Below, one piece after another: positions 54,167 through 63,404 of a stretch of DNA of 64,000 nucleotides (positions within the stretch are counted from its first letter, which is position 1; every line of letters starts with the position of its first letter). Origin of the DNA: Oscillospiraceae bacterium (GTDB lineage: Bacteria; Bacillota; Clostridia; Oscillospirales; CAG-272); contig SVTS01000002.1 in NCBI GenBank assembly GCA_015063645.1, positions 5,141-69,140 on the forward strand, written 5' to 3'. The position numbers and the translations under genes are program-made. The notes under the pieces were generated by a model. The model was not told the origin of the DNA, did no database searches, and saw only the letters and a list, made by a program, of their open reading frames with translations.

Positions 54167-55083
54167 ATCCGCTCCAATTCTGTCGTCAGACGGCAGAAAT
54201 CCAGCGCGGACAGTTTTTCGCCGCGCACGTCGGTGCGGATGTCCAGTGCTGTCAGTGCCGTTTCAATGGCGGATTTCGGATACAGCGCGCCGAGGGCGTT
54301 GGTCAGTGTCTTGCGGCGCTGGCCGAATGCCGCTTCGATAATAGCGGTGACCCTGGCGAAGAACGGCGCAAATGCCTCGTCCTGCGGCGCTTCGGGATAC
54401 AGATCCCGCAGTCCGTGAGGATATGTTTCGATGGTGAGAACGGCGGAGGAAACTTTCGGTACAGGATAAAAATTCCCGGCAGAAACGGTGAACAGCTTCT
54501 TCGCCGTGCCGCGCAGTGCCACGGCTGCAGTGATCGCACCGCAGTCTGCACTGCCGGCTTTGGCGCAAATGCGGTCAGCTACTTCGCTCTGCACCATCAG
54601 CGTGATGCGGCGGATGGGAGATGCGCCGTCGGCAGGATAGGACTCCAGCAGCTTCATCAGAATCGGCGTGGTAATATAATAGGGAAGATTACCGCAGACG
54701 TGAACAGGGGAATCGCCGAATTGCTCTGCAAGCAGGGAAGGCACATCCGTCTCCATGAAATCCTGATGAATAACACGGGTGTTATCACAGTCGGCAAGGG
54801 TATCGGCAAGCACGGGGATCAGTCCGTCATCAATCTCCACCGCAGTGACGGAGGGGTAACGGGCGGAAAGCTCTCTTGTCAGCGCGCCGACACCGGGGCC
54901 GATCTCCAGCGCGCAGGCTGGGATTGCGTTTTCCGCATAGACGAACGGCTCATAAGCGGATGCGTCTGCGATATCCTCGGGAATGCGGGGATTGATAAGA
55001 AAATTCTGTCCAAAGGATTTCTTTGGCGCCAATCCGTGCTCCTCAAGGATGCGGCGGACGGTTGATTGATTACAAAGGTCCAT
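54160..55083 (-). CDS. rsmA: 16S rRNA (adenine1518/1519-N6)-dimethyltransferase
   Basis: PKKSFGQNFL, EIGPGVGALT and GNLPYYITTPI motifs. Confidence 0.88.
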   Translation of the reverse strand: MDLCNQSTVRRILEEHGLAPKKSFGQNFLINPRIPEDIADASAYEPFVYAENAIPACALEIGPGVGALTRELSARYPSVTAVEIDDGLIPVLADTLADCDNTRVIHQDFMETDVPSLLAEQFGDSPVHVCGNLPYYITTPILMKLLESYPADGASPIRRITLMVQSEVADRICAKAGSADCGAITAAVALRGTAKKLFTVSAGNFYPVPKVSSAVLTIETYPHGLRDLYPEAPQDEAFAPFFARVTAIIEAAFGQRRKTLTNALGALYPKSAIETALTALDIRTDVRGEKLSALDFCRLTTELERIC

Positions 55084-55092
55084 TGTAAAAAC

Positions 55093-55210
55093 GGGGAAAA
55101 CTTTTTGAAAAAAGTTTTCCCCGAACCCCTTTCCAAAACTTTCACAAACAATTATCTAAAGGGTTTCGCGGAGGGGTGCGGGGAGGTGCCTTTAGCAAAG
55201 GCATCTCCCC
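55093..55210. repeat. Intergenic palindromic elements: GGGGAAAACTTTTTGAAAAAAGTTTTCCCC (same family as 12803-12828) and GGGGAGGTGCCTTTAGCAAAGGCATCTCCCC
   Basis: Two long perfect or near-perfect palindromes lie between the rsmA start and the glyQS stop. The flank AAAGTTTTGGAAAGGGG is also shared (inverted) with the 12.78-kb copy. Confidence 0.6.
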
Positions 55211-55225
55211 GCAAAAATTTAAATA

Positions 55226-56638
55226 TTAATATGCCAGCTTTTCAGCCAGATAAGCGTTCAGCTCGGTGATCGGGATACGAACCTGTTCCATGGTGTCGCG
55301 GTCGCGTACGGTTACGCAGCCGTCTTCCTTGGAATCAAAGTCATAGGTGATGCAGTAGGGGGTACCGATCTCGTCCTCACGGCGGTAACGCTTGCCGATG
55401 GAGCCTGCATCATCGAAGTCTACCATGTAGTTCTTCGCCAGCATCTGCTGGATCTCCATAGCCTCAGCGCTCAGCTTCTTGGACAGCGGCAGTACGGCTG
55501 CCTTGAAGGGAGCGATGGCGGGATGGAAGCGCATGACTACGCGGATGTCGTTCTTCTCAGCGTCCACAACCTCTTCGTCGTAAGCCTCAACGAGGAGAGC
55601 CAGCGTCATACGGTCAGCACCCAGAGACGGTTCAACAACGTAGGGAACGTAGTGCTCATTGGTCTCGGGATCGAAGTAGGTCAGATCCTGACCGGAATGC
55701 TCCTGATGCTGGGTGAGGTCATAGTTGGTGCGGTCGGCAACGCCCCACAGCTCGCCCCAGCCGAACGGGAACAGATACTCAAAGTCAGTGGTAGCCTTGG
55801 AGTAGAAGGACAGCTCTTCCGGCTCATGATCACGCAGACGGAGGTTTTCCTCCTGTACGTTCAGCCCCTTCAGCCACTCGTGGCAGTAGGTGCGCCAGTA
55901 CTGGAACCACTCCAGATCGGTGTCGGGCTTGCAGAAGAATTCCAGCTCCATCTGCTCGAATTCGCGGATACGGAAGATGAAGTTGCCGGGGGTGATCTCG
56001 TTACGGAAGGACTTACCGACCTGGCACACGCCGAAAGGCAGCTTGCGGCGGGTGGTGCGGGCGATATTGTTGAAGTTTACGAAGATACCCTGTGCGGTTT
56101 CGGGACGGAGATATACTTCGCTTGCGGTATCCTCGGTAACACCCTGATGGGTCTTGTACATCAGATTGAACTTGCGGATATCGGTGAAATCGGACTTGCC
56201 GCAGCCGGGGCAGGGGACATTGTTGGAGCGGATATAGTTCAGCAGAGCCTCACCGTCCATAGCTTCCACGTTTACATCGGTGATGTTGTTCTCGTGTACG
56301 TATTCCTCAACCAGCTTGTCTGCGCGGTGACGCATCTTGCACGCCTTGCAGTCGATCAGCGGATCGTTGAACGTTGCAACGTGACCGGATGCAACCCATA
56401 CCTGGGGATTCATCAGAATGGCAGCGTCCAGACCTACGTTGTAGGGGTTTTCCTGAACGAATTTCTTCCACCATGCGCGCTTGACGTTGTTCTTCATCTC
56501 AACGCCCAGCGGGCCGTAGTCCCAGGAGTTGGCGAGACCGCCGTAGATTTCAGAGCCGGGATATACGAAGCCTCTGCCTTTGCAGAGCGCTACGATTTTT
56601 TCCATGGATTTTTCGGTGTTGGGCATGCGGTTGCTCAT
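55226..56638 (-). CDS. glyQS: Glycine--tRNA ligase (alpha2 dimer type)
   Basis: 470 aa. [23 protein letters not shown] plus class II motifs. Confidence 0.92.
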   Translation of the reverse strand: MSNRMPNTEKSMEKIVALCKGRGFVYPGSEIYGGLANSWDYGPLGVEMKNNVKRAWWKKFVQENPYNVGLDAAILMNPQVWVASGHVATFNDPLIDCKACKMRHRADKLVEEYVHENNITDVNVEAMDGEALLNYIRSNNVPCPGCGKSDFTDIRKFNLMYKTHQGVTEDTASEVYLRPETAQGIFVNFNNIARTTRRKLPFGVCQVGKSFRNEITPGNFIFRIREFEQMELEFFCKPDTDLEWFQYWRTYCHEWLKGLNVQEENLRLRDHEPEELSFYSKATTDFEYLFPFGWGELWGVADRTNYDLTQHQEHSGQDLTYFDPETNEHYVPYVVEPSLGADRMTLALLVEAYDEEVVDAEKNDIRVVMRFHPAIAPFKAAVLPLSKKLSAEAMEIQQMLAKNYMVDFDDAGSIGKRYRREDEIGTPYCITYDFDSKEDGCVTVRDRDTMEQVRIPITELNAYLAEKLAY

Positions 56639-56677
56639 GACTTGATTCCTTTCGGTGTGTGATTTATGTAAGATTTT

Positions 56678-57799
56678 TTAAGAAGCAGTGTTGGATTTTT
56701 CATAAGGACGGTAGGGTTTGAAGAGCTTCAGTCCTGCGCTTTCATTCGGCTCGAAGCGGGCAGCTTCCGTTTCGGTTGCGGCAACAAATCTGCCGGGATA
56801 GTTCAGCGTGGTGATTTTGAAGTTTTCATTTCCGAAAGCATAGATCAGCTCAATCTGTGCTACCAGATCCTTGGTGGTGAACGAGGTTTCTATCCAGGCT
56901 TTTTCGCAGACGGTGTCGTAGAACGCGCTGAGATCTGCCTCGGTTTTAGTCAGCAGCTTTGTCATGGTTCCCTTGAAGAAGTCGGTGACAAGCGTATTGC
57001 GGTATTCAACGCTGCCGTCGTATTCTTCGTTTGTCATGATCGCCACAGCACCGGAACCGTTGACATCCGTCACGCCGATGGGATAGAGCATCGGGAGGAT
57101 TTCCAGATCCTTTTCGCTGGGCTTGACGGTAGTGGATACGAGACCGTTATAATACAGAGGCTTGGGGATGTACATGGAGATTCCGCCGAGCTCTGTGACA
57201 ATCTGATACAGCTCCGTCACGTTTACAAGCAGATAGTGGTCGATATGAAGTCCGGTGAGGGAGGAAACTTCGGAGATGATAAACTCCGTGCCGTAGAGAT
57301 TGTACAGCTCCGCCATCGGCTGAGCGCCGGAGGGCGTGGGGATGCTCATGTTGGAAGGGAAGGAAGTGAGGGTGAATTCCCTGCGTTCCTTGTCTGCGCG
57401 GACAAGCAGAACAGAGCAGGCGCGTGGACGGCGGTACGCCGTGCTGAGAATACCGGTCTGCTTTTCTTCTTTTTCCAGCTTGTCAAGCTCTTCTCCGGCT
57501 GGAAGATAATCCCGGAACATTTCCGGCTGATAATCTGTTACGATGAAGAGCATATTGAACGACTTACCCTCGATCTCCTCCTTGGGAGCATCGGTGCCTG
57601 TGGAGGGATTGACAGGCTCCGTTACGGAGGGGGTGGGATTCTGATTCGGATTGAGAATCTCATCCAGCTCGCTTGCTTCCGCATCGAAAATACCGGTGAT
57701 GGTATCGGTCAGAAACTGTGCCGCGAAATACGCACCGGCACCGAAGACAAGCGCTGCAATGAGAAAGGTGACAAAAAAGTTTTTGAAAGCGGAGAGCAT
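56678..57799 (-). CDS. LytR-CpsA-Psr (LCP)-like membrane-anchored protein
   Basis: 373 aa. N-terminal TM anchor, a Pro/Thr linker, then a region resembling the LCP domain (FNMLFIVTD...). The assignment is tentative. Confidence 0.45.
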   Translation of the reverse strand: MLSAFKNFFVTFLIAALVFGAGAYFAAQFLTDTITGIFDAEASELDEILNPNQNPTPSVTEPVNPSTGTDAPKEEIEGKSFNMLFIVTDYQPEMFRDYLPAGEELDKLEKEEKQTGILSTAYRRPRACSVLLVRADKERREFTLTSFPSNMSIPTPSGAQPMAELYNLYGTEFIISEVSSLTGLHIDHYLLVNVTELYQIVTELGGISMYIPKPLYYNGLVSTTVKPSEKDLEILPMLYPIGVTDVNGSGAVAIMTNEEYDGSVEYRNTLVTDFFKGTMTKLLTKTEADLSAFYDTVCEKAWIETSFTTKDLVAQIELIYAFGNENFKITTLNYPGRFVAATETEAARFEPNESAGLKLFKPYRPYEKSNTAS

Positions 57800-57830
57800 C
57801 GTGCACCATCCTTTGCAATGTTACTATCTA

Positions 57831-57859
57831 TTATATAATATTTGAAGCGGAATTGCAAG
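57831..57859 (-). promoter_or_regulatory. sigma-70-type promoter for the LCP-glyQS transcription unit
   Basis: TTGCAA, 17-nt spacer, TATAAT on the minus strand. It sits about 30 nt upstream of the ATG at 57799. Confidence 0.55.
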
Positions 57860-57970
57860 AGCGAATTGCATTCCGTCATCAGATTGGACGCATTTTTTAC
57901 GAAAAAGTTCCCGGGAATCGTCAAAGCGGCAAAAAATCGGAATTTCTTTGAGAATTTTTTCATTTTCCTC

Positions 57971-57999
57971 TTGCACTTTGTGCCCGGATATGGTATAAT
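57971..57999 (+). promoter_or_regulatory. rplS promoter
   Basis: TTGCAC, 17-nt spacer, TG-extended TATAAT. The 85-nt structured leader that follows might be an L19-type r-protein leader. Confidence 0.55.
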
Positions 58000-58084
58000 C
58001 TTATCCGTGCGTAAACGCATAGAAAACGGAACAGTCCGCTGCAAGCTCTGCATGAATGTTCTATGAATTATGGAGGAGTCGAAC

Positions 58085-58426
58085 ATGAACAAACTCGACG
58101 CTTTTGCAAAAGAGCAGCTGAAGGAAAATGTCCCTGCTTTTGAGATCGGTGACACCATCCGTGTACACAACAAGATCAAAGAGGGAAACCGTGAGAGAAT
58201 CCAGATGTTTGAAGGTACCGTAATCGCCCGTCACGGCGGCGGCATCTCCGAGACCTTTACCGTTCGCCGCGTTGCTTACGGTGTAGGCGTGGAGAAGACC
58301 TTCCCCCTGCATTCCCCCAACGTTGCCGGCATCGACGTTACCAGACACGGTAAGGTTCGCCGCGCTAAGCTCTACTACCTGAGAGACAAGGTCGGTAAGG
58401 CATCCAAGGTCAAGGAAAAGATCTGA
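58085..58426 (+). CDS. rplS: 50S ribosomal protein L19
   Basis: 113 aa. [43 protein letters not shown] is unmistakably L19. Confidence 0.93.
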   Translation: MNKLDAFAKEQLKENVPAFEIGDTIRVHNKIKEGNRERIQMFEGTVIARHGGGISETFTVRRVAYGVGVEKTFPLHSPNVAGIDVTRHGKVRRAKLYYLRDKVGKASKVKEKI

Positions 58427-58435
58427 CAAAGTTTG

Positions 58436-58465
58436 GCAGACCCGACAGGGTCTGCTTCTTTGTTT
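58436..58465 (+). terminator. Rho-independent terminator after rplS
   Basis: GCAGACCC-GACA-GGGTCTGC followed by a T-rich tract. Confidence 0.8.
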
Positions 58466-58551
58466 ATAATCACGCCCAAAGCCGCAGGCTCTTGGCGTGG
58501 AGGAAACCGTAAGGTGTTTTATTTATCATTTGTGCAGACAGAGGGTGCCGC

Positions 58552-59055
58552 GTGGTTATATATAAGGAACTGACTTTGGAGAGTATCCCTGACGAATTGC
58601 TTCTGGGCTTCCGTCATTATCAGGTGATCCGGGAGAGCGGGGAGGTGCGGCAGTGGAGTCGTGAGAAAAGGCTCTGGATTGCCGGTTATCTGCGGGAACA
58701 ACTCCTGCGCGGAGGTGCGGCGGAAGCTGCATGGGAGGACGGAAATCTTGTGGGCTTCGGCTGTGTGGACGGTATTCTGCGCGGCGAATCGGCGCGCTAT
58801 GCCAATCTGACCATGCTGTTCGTGGATGATACCCGGAAACGTCAAGGGATCGGATCAGCCTTGTTTGGGAAAATATGTACGCACGCTGTGCGGATGCAGG
58901 CGGATAAGCTGTTTATTTCCGCGATTCCCTCTGCGGATACTCTGGCGTTTTACGGGTGCCTTGGATGCACGGATGCCCGGGAGATTATCGCCGAATATGT
59001 GGATACTGAACAGGATCAGTTTCTGGAGTATGCACTCACACAAATGGAAAAGTAA
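58552..59055 (+). CDS. GNAT-family N-acetyltransferase
   Basis: 167 aa with a GTG start. LFVDDTRKRQGIGSALF is the acetyl-CoA-binding motif A. Confidence 0.65.
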   Translation: MVIYKELTLESIPDELLLGFRHYQVIRESGEVRQWSREKRLWIAGYLREQLLRGGAAEAAWEDGNLVGFGCVDGILRGESARYANLTMLFVDDTRKRQGIGSALFGKICTHAVRMQADKLFISAIPSADTLAFYGCLGCTDAREIIAEYVDTEQDQFLEYALTQMEK

Positions 59056-59067
59056 AGGAGAATCCAT

Positions 59068-60201
59068 ATGTCATTCGATTTCTATATGCCCGTGCGGATC
59101 GTTTCCGGGGAGAACGCGGTAAAGAATAATGCAGATGCACTGGCGCTGGGAAAGCATGCGCTGATCGTCACCGGACGACGTTCTGCCGTTGCCAGCGGTG
59201 CTCTTGCCGATGTTACAACTGTTCTGGAAGCACAGGGCATCGGGTATACTCTCTTTGATAAAATTACCGAAAATCCGCTTGCATCCACCTGCCGTGAAGG
59301 CGGTGCGCTCTGCCGCAAAACCGGTGCGGATTTTGTGATCGGTATCGGCGGCGGATCCGCATTGGATGCCGCAAAAGCGATTTCTGCATTCGCTGTATGT
59401 CCCAATGCGGATGAGGCTGGCATCTATACCGCAGAGATTGCGGACGGTGCCATGCTGCCTATCGCGGCGATTCCCACAACGGCGGGAACCGGCTCCGAGG
59501 CGAATCCCTACGCCATTCTGACCCTGCCCGGCGGCGATAAGAAAAAAACATTCAAGCATATTCCCGGTTCCTATCCGAGAATTGCGCTGGTGGATCCCCG
59601 CTATACCTATTCGCTGAACGAGAATTATACGGTTTCCACCGCGCTGGATGCGCTGGCGCATGCCATCGAATCCTGGCTTTCGCCAAAATCCACCGATGCT
59701 TCGGAGATCTTCGCAGGATATGCCGCTCGGGAAATCTGGGACGTCCTCTTCCGCGGTGCGGATGGAGAAGGGGCGAAAGATGCCGGCGGATTTACGCCTG
59801 CACAGCGCCGCAGACTGAGTTATGCTGCCTGCGCCGCAGGAATTGCCATTAACCGTACCGGAACCGGCTTCCCGCATCCGCTGGGCTACAGCATAACTCT
59901 CTCCGAGGGAATTCCCCACGGACGCGCCTGCGCCGCTTTTGAAGGTGCGTATATCGAATACAATCTCCGCACGGAAGTTGGTTGTGCGAAACTGCACAGA
60001 CTGGCGGATATGCTTGGTACAACTCCCGGGGAGATGGCGCAGCGCATTCCTGCTATGGGCGATGTGCATCTTTCTCTGACTTCCGCGCAGATCGAGGAGC
60101 ATATTGACCGTGTTGCAGGGGCGGGAAATTATGCCAATTCCCCCTATGTGATCAGCCGGGATGAGATGAGCGAAATATATGCGAAGCTCCTCGGTATGTG
60201 A
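59068..60201 (+). CDS. Iron-containing (group III) alcohol dehydrogenase
   Basis: 377 aa. GGGSALDAAKA, TTAGTGSE and DALAHAIE motifs. Confidence 0.82.
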   Translation: MSFDFYMPVRIVSGENAVKNNADALALGKHALIVTGRRSAVASGALADVTTVLEAQGIGYTLFDKITENPLASTCREGGALCRKTGADFVIGIGGGSALDAAKAISAFAVCPNADEAGIYTAEIADGAMLPIAAIPTTAGTGSEANPYAILTLPGGDKKKTFKHIPGSYPRIALVDPRYTYSLNENYTVSTALDALAHAIESWLSPKSTDASEIFAGYAAREIWDVLFRGADGEGAKDAGGFTPAQRRRLSYAACAAGIAINRTGTGFPHPLGYSITLSEGIPHGRACAAFEGAYIEYNLRTEVGCAKLHRLADMLGTTPGEMAQRIPAMGDVHLSLTSAQIEEHIDRVAGAGNYANSPYVISRDEMSEIYAKLLGM

Positions 60202-60229
60202 ACGATTTGTTAATAGTTGCGCGTTTCCC

Positions 60230-60257
60230 TTGACTTTCCCGCGGAAATCATTATAAT
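60230..60257 (+). promoter_or_regulatory. sigma-70-type promoter of the CNNM/AI-2E operon
   Basis: TTGACT, 16-nt spacer, TATAAT. It sits about 240 nt upstream of the ATG at 60496. Confidence 0.55.
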
Positions 60258-60306
60258 ATTTATAACTACAGCAACCCCTGTTTTGCGGAAATTTTTTGGA
60301 GGAATT

Positions 60307-60447
60307 ATGACAGATCCGGACAGTTGCCCGAACTCTGCCCCTGACCGAATATGTACCGGCACTACCTGTGACAGCGTCTTTTCGCCCACAGGCGGTGCCT
60401 TTTTGCATTTTTTCGTGTTCAGTCCGGGTGATCGGGCACCGAACTGA
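60307..60447 (+). CDS. Candidate 46-codon leader ORF (MTDPDSCPNSAPDRICTGTTCDSVFSPTGGAFLHFFVFSPGDRAPN)
   Basis: GGAGGA lies 4 nt upstream of the ATG. The ORF spans the leader terminator. It is Pro-rich with three Cys. It may or may not be translated. Confidence 0.3.
   Translation: MTDPDSCPNSAPDRICTGTTCDSVFSPTGGAFLHFFVFSPGDRAPN
60358..60413 (+). terminator. Intrinsic terminator/attenuator inside the 5' leader of the CNNM gene
   Basis: Composite stem GGCAC..CCTGTG / CACAGG..GTGCC followed by TTTTTGCATTTTTT. Confidence 0.55.
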
Positions 60448-60495
60448 GACGAATTTTGAACGATTTTTGCTTTACATATGAATTAGGGAGATGTT

Positions 60496-61857
60496 ATGGA
60501 CACCATATTATGGCAACTGCTTCTGCAGGCCTTTCTGATTTTTCTGAACGCTGTTTTTGCTTGTGCGGAGATCGCCGTGATCTCCATGAACGATATGCGC
60601 ATCACCCAGCTTGCCGCTGCCGGTGATAAGCGCGCCAAAAAGCTGGAGAAGCTGACGGAACAGCCTTCCGGCTTCCTCGCTACGATTCAGGTAACGATTA
60701 CCCTGTCCGGATTTCTGGGAAGTGCATTCGCGGCCGACAACTTTGCCGGTCCGCTGGTCGATTGGATTCTGTCCCTCGGCGTGCAGGTTCCCGACAAAAT
60801 GCTGGGTGTACTGAACACTGCAGCCGTTATTCTGATTACGCTGATTCTGTCTTATGTTACGCTGGTCCTGGGTGAACTTGTACCCAAACGTCTGGCAATG
60901 AAGAAGACGGAGTCCCTTGCCCTCGCGCTTGCCGGACCTGTGTATGCTCTGTCTCAGATTTTCAAGCCGCTTGTATGGCTGCTGACCGCGTCCACCAATC
61001 TGGTGCTTCGCCTGTTCGGCGTGGATCCGCTGGCGGATGACGATGACATGAGCAAGGAATCCATTCTCATGACCATGGATGCCGGCAGTGAAAAGGGGGT
61101 TATCACTGATGAGGAAAAAGAGATCGTACAGAATCTCTTTGAGTTTGACGACCTGACCGCCGGCGAATTTGCCACCCACCGTACAGAGATGGTCATTCTC
61201 TACACGGATGAAAGCATGGAAGAGTGGGCGCAGACGATTAACGATTCCCGCTTCACCCGCTATCCCATCTGCGAGGAAACTGCGGATAACGTAATCGGTG
61301 TGCTGAATGCCAAGGAATATTTCCGTCTGGAAGATAAATCCAGAGAAAGCGTTATGGAAAACGCGGTGCATCCGGCGTATTTTGTTCCGGAGACCGTGTG
61401 TGCCGATCTGCTTTTCCGGCAGATGAAACAGACGCGCAATCATTTTGCCATTGTGCTGGATGAATACGGAGGAACTACCGGTATCATCACGATGAACGAT
61501 CTTCTGGAACAGCTTGTCGGAGATCTGGAAGACGATGCGGAAGCACCGGCAGAGCCGGAAGAAATCGAAAAGCTTCCGGACGGTACATGGCGCATCAGCG
61601 GTATGGTACCGCTGTCCGATGTGGCAGAAAAGCTGGAAGTGGCATTGCCGCTTGAGGAATATGAGACTTTCGGCGGACTGGTGTTCGGTGCGTACGGATC
61701 GGTTCCGGATGACGGTGCCGTTATCGAAATCGAAGTGGAATCTCTGCGCGTCCGCGTGACGGAGATCAAGGAACACAGACTGGAAAGTGCTATCGTAGAA
61801 ATTATTGAAAAAACCGAGGACGATGAGGACGATGAAACGGAAGGAAAAGATGCATGA
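60496..61857 (+). CDS. CNNM/CorC-type hemolysin-family protein (DUF21 TM domain, CBS pair, CorC_HlyC)
   Basis: 453 aa. The N-terminal four-TM DUF21 has an AEIAVIS motif, followed by a CBS pair (...VMENAVHPAYFVPET...) and a C-terminal transporter-associated domain. Confidence 0.8.
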   Translation: MDTILWQLLLQAFLIFLNAVFACAEIAVISMNDMRITQLAAAGDKRAKKLEKLTEQPSGFLATIQVTITLSGFLGSAFAADNFAGPLVDWILSLGVQVPDKMLGVLNTAAVILITLILSYVTLVLGELVPKRLAMKKTESLALALAGPVYALSQIFKPLVWLLTASTNLVLRLFGVDPLADDDDMSKESILMTMDAGSEKGVITDEEKEIVQNLFEFDDLTAGEFATHRTEMVILYTDESMEEWAQTINDSRFTRYPICEETADNVIGVLNAKEYFRLEDKSRESVMENAVHPAYFVPETVCADLLFRQMKQTRNHFAIVLDEYGGTTGIITMNDLLEQLVGDLEDDAEAPAEPEEIEKLPDGTWRISGMVPLSDVAEKLEVALPLEEYETFGGLVFGAYGSVPDDGAVIEIEVESLRVRVTEIKEHRLESAIVEIIEKTEDDEDDETEGKDA

Positions 61858-63026
61858 TCCCTAAAAGTTTTTCTCTGAAGATCATTCTTCTTGTGATTAC
61901 CTTTACGATTCTGCTGACCGCTCTTATCGTGAATCTGTCAACTGTATGGGAAGCGGTGGGGAATGTCTTTGCGCTTTTCGCACCGGTAACAATCGGACTT
62001 GTTCTGGCTTTCATTCTGAATGTGCCCATGCGTTCGATGGAGGAGAAAGTTTTTCGCTTCATGGAAAAATCCCGTTTCCGCTTCGTGCGGAAACTGCGCC
62101 GTCCCATTTGCCTTCTTCTGGCGATCATTCTGTTAGTCTCCATTATTACTTTGCTGATTCTGGTTGTTCTGCCGGAACTGCAGGATACAGTCATAAATCT
62201 TGCCGGTAAACTGCCGAAATATTTTAATGATATGAAGGCATGGATTGAGAATCTGCTCTCACGCTTTGACATGGATACGGAATGGCTGCAGGAGTTAACT
62301 ATTGACTGGAAGCTGCTTGGGGATACGCTGCTGTCTTTTCTGGAAATGGAGGAGATAACAAGCGGTGTGACCAACGTAGTGGGTACCGGTGTCACCTGGG
62401 TCGGTTCAATCGGCGGAACCCTCGTAAATCTTGTTTTCAGCTTTGTTATTGCCGTTTATTTTCTGGCGCAGAAAGAAAAGATATGCCGCTTTGTGAAACG
62501 TACCGTTTCTGCATTTATTCCCGTAAAAATCGCGGAGCGTGTGTTTTATGTTGCGGCGCTGTCCAACAGTATTTTCAGCAGCTTTATCCGCAGTCAGTGT
62601 GCGGAAGCGGTGATTCTCGGTCTGCTTACCTATATCGGTATGCTGATCTTCGGCTTTGAATACGCGGGAATCATCTCCATAGTGATCGGATTTACCGCAC
62701 TCGTTCCCATTGTTGGTGCGCTTGTCGGCGAGGTCTTCGGCGCGATTCTGCTTCTGACTGTCAGCCCGCTGAGAGCGGTTCTGTTCCTTGTATTTATCCT
62801 GATCCTGCAGCAGCTGGAGGGTTCTCTGATTTACCCGAGAGTGGTGGGCACTTCCGTGGGTCTGCCGGGGATTATCGTATTCTCCGCTGTGCTGATCGGC
62901 GGTAATGCCTTCGGTATTCCGGGTGCTCTGTTCGCAGTGCCTGTCTGCGCGGTTCTGTATACGCTTCTCAAGGAAGCGATAAGGAAAAAGGAATCCGCAG
63001 CTGTATCTGCAGTGGAATCTAAATAA
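61854..63026 (+). CDS. AI-2E family transporter (PerM-like)
   Basis: 390 aa polytopic protein. The C-terminal GxxGxxFAVP-like motif (GIPGALFAVPV) is typical of the family. The start overlaps the upstream stop. Confidence 0.78.
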   Translation: MIPKSFSLKIILLVITFTILLTALIVNLSTVWEAVGNVFALFAPVTIGLVLAFILNVPMRSMEEKVFRFMEKSRFRFVRKLRRPICLLLAIILLVSIITLLILVVLPELQDTVINLAGKLPKYFNDMKAWIENLLSRFDMDTEWLQELTIDWKLLGDTLLSFLEMEEITSGVTNVVGTGVTWVGSIGGTLVNLVFSFVIAVYFLAQKEKICRFVKRTVSAFIPVKIAERVFYVAALSNSIFSSFIRSQCAEAVILGLLTYIGMLIFGFEYAGIISIVIGFTALVPIVGALVGEVFGAILLLTVSPLRAVLFLVFILILQQLEGSLIYPRVVGTSVGLPGIIVFSAVLIGGNAFGIPGALFAVPVCAVLYTLLKEAIRKKESAAVSAVESK

Positions 63027-63085
63027 AACGAATACAGACAGCGGAAACAGCCTGTAAAGGCGCTTTCGCTGTCTGTGCTTTATAA

Positions 63086-63130
63086 GGAAAAACACGCGGA
63101 AAGCTGCGGTCGCTTTCTGCGTGTTTTGTT
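63086..63130. terminator. Bidirectional terminator hairpin
   Basis: AACACGCGGAAAG / CTTTCTGCGTGTT (one mismatch) flanked by A5 and T-rich sequence. A second hairpin lies at 63034-63076. Confidence 0.6.
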
Positions 63131-63320
63131 ATCGGTCTTTGCGTTTGCTTTTCAGCAGAATGAACATCATGAACGCCGCAATCAGAATGACGGCTACGAT
63201 GATCATTACATTGATGTCGCCGGTCTGCGGTGCAAGAACCTGCCGCGGAGTGGGAGTGAGGGATGCGGACGGCAGAATTGCTGTCCCGAAAAATAAAGCG
63301 GTTAATAATGATACAATCAT
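63129..63320 (-). CDS. 63-aa ORF consisting only of a signal-peptide-like N-terminus plus a sortase-type sorting signal (LAPQTGD, TM helix, KSKRKDR)
   Basis: MIVSLLTALFFGTAILPSASL-TPTPRQVLAPQTGD-INVMIIVAVILIAAFMMFILL-KSKRKDR. It has a consensus promoter upstream and a terminator directly downstream. Confidence 0.4.
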   Translation of the reverse strand: MIVSLLTALFFGTAILPSASLTPTPRQVLAPQTGDINVMIIVAVILIAAFMMFILLKSKRKDR

Positions 63321-63375
63321 TGTATTTGAAGCCGCCCAGCGGCGATTTCCTCCATGCCCGGATTTTCCTGACTAT

Positions 63376-63404
63376 ATTATACCGCACAGCTGTCACTCTG
63401 TCAA
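63376..63404 (-). promoter_or_regulatory. Perfect-consensus sigma-70 promoter driving the 63-aa ORF
   Basis: TTGACA (63404-63399), 17-nt spacer, TATAAT (63381-63376) on the minus strand. Confidence 0.65.

Noticed and set aside
56639-56677. A T-box leader upstream of glyQS.
   Set aside because: The gap is only 39 nt with no stem I/specifier or T-box sequence. It is reported as an absence in the findings rather than as a feature.
57971-58084. An L19 ribosomal-protein leader (Rfam L19_leader) upstream of rplS.
   Set aside because: A hairpin (TCCGT-GCGTAAACGC-...-ACGGA) exists in the 85-nt leader, but I cannot verify the consensus from memory. It is therefore mentioned only under the promoter feature and not called as an RNA element.
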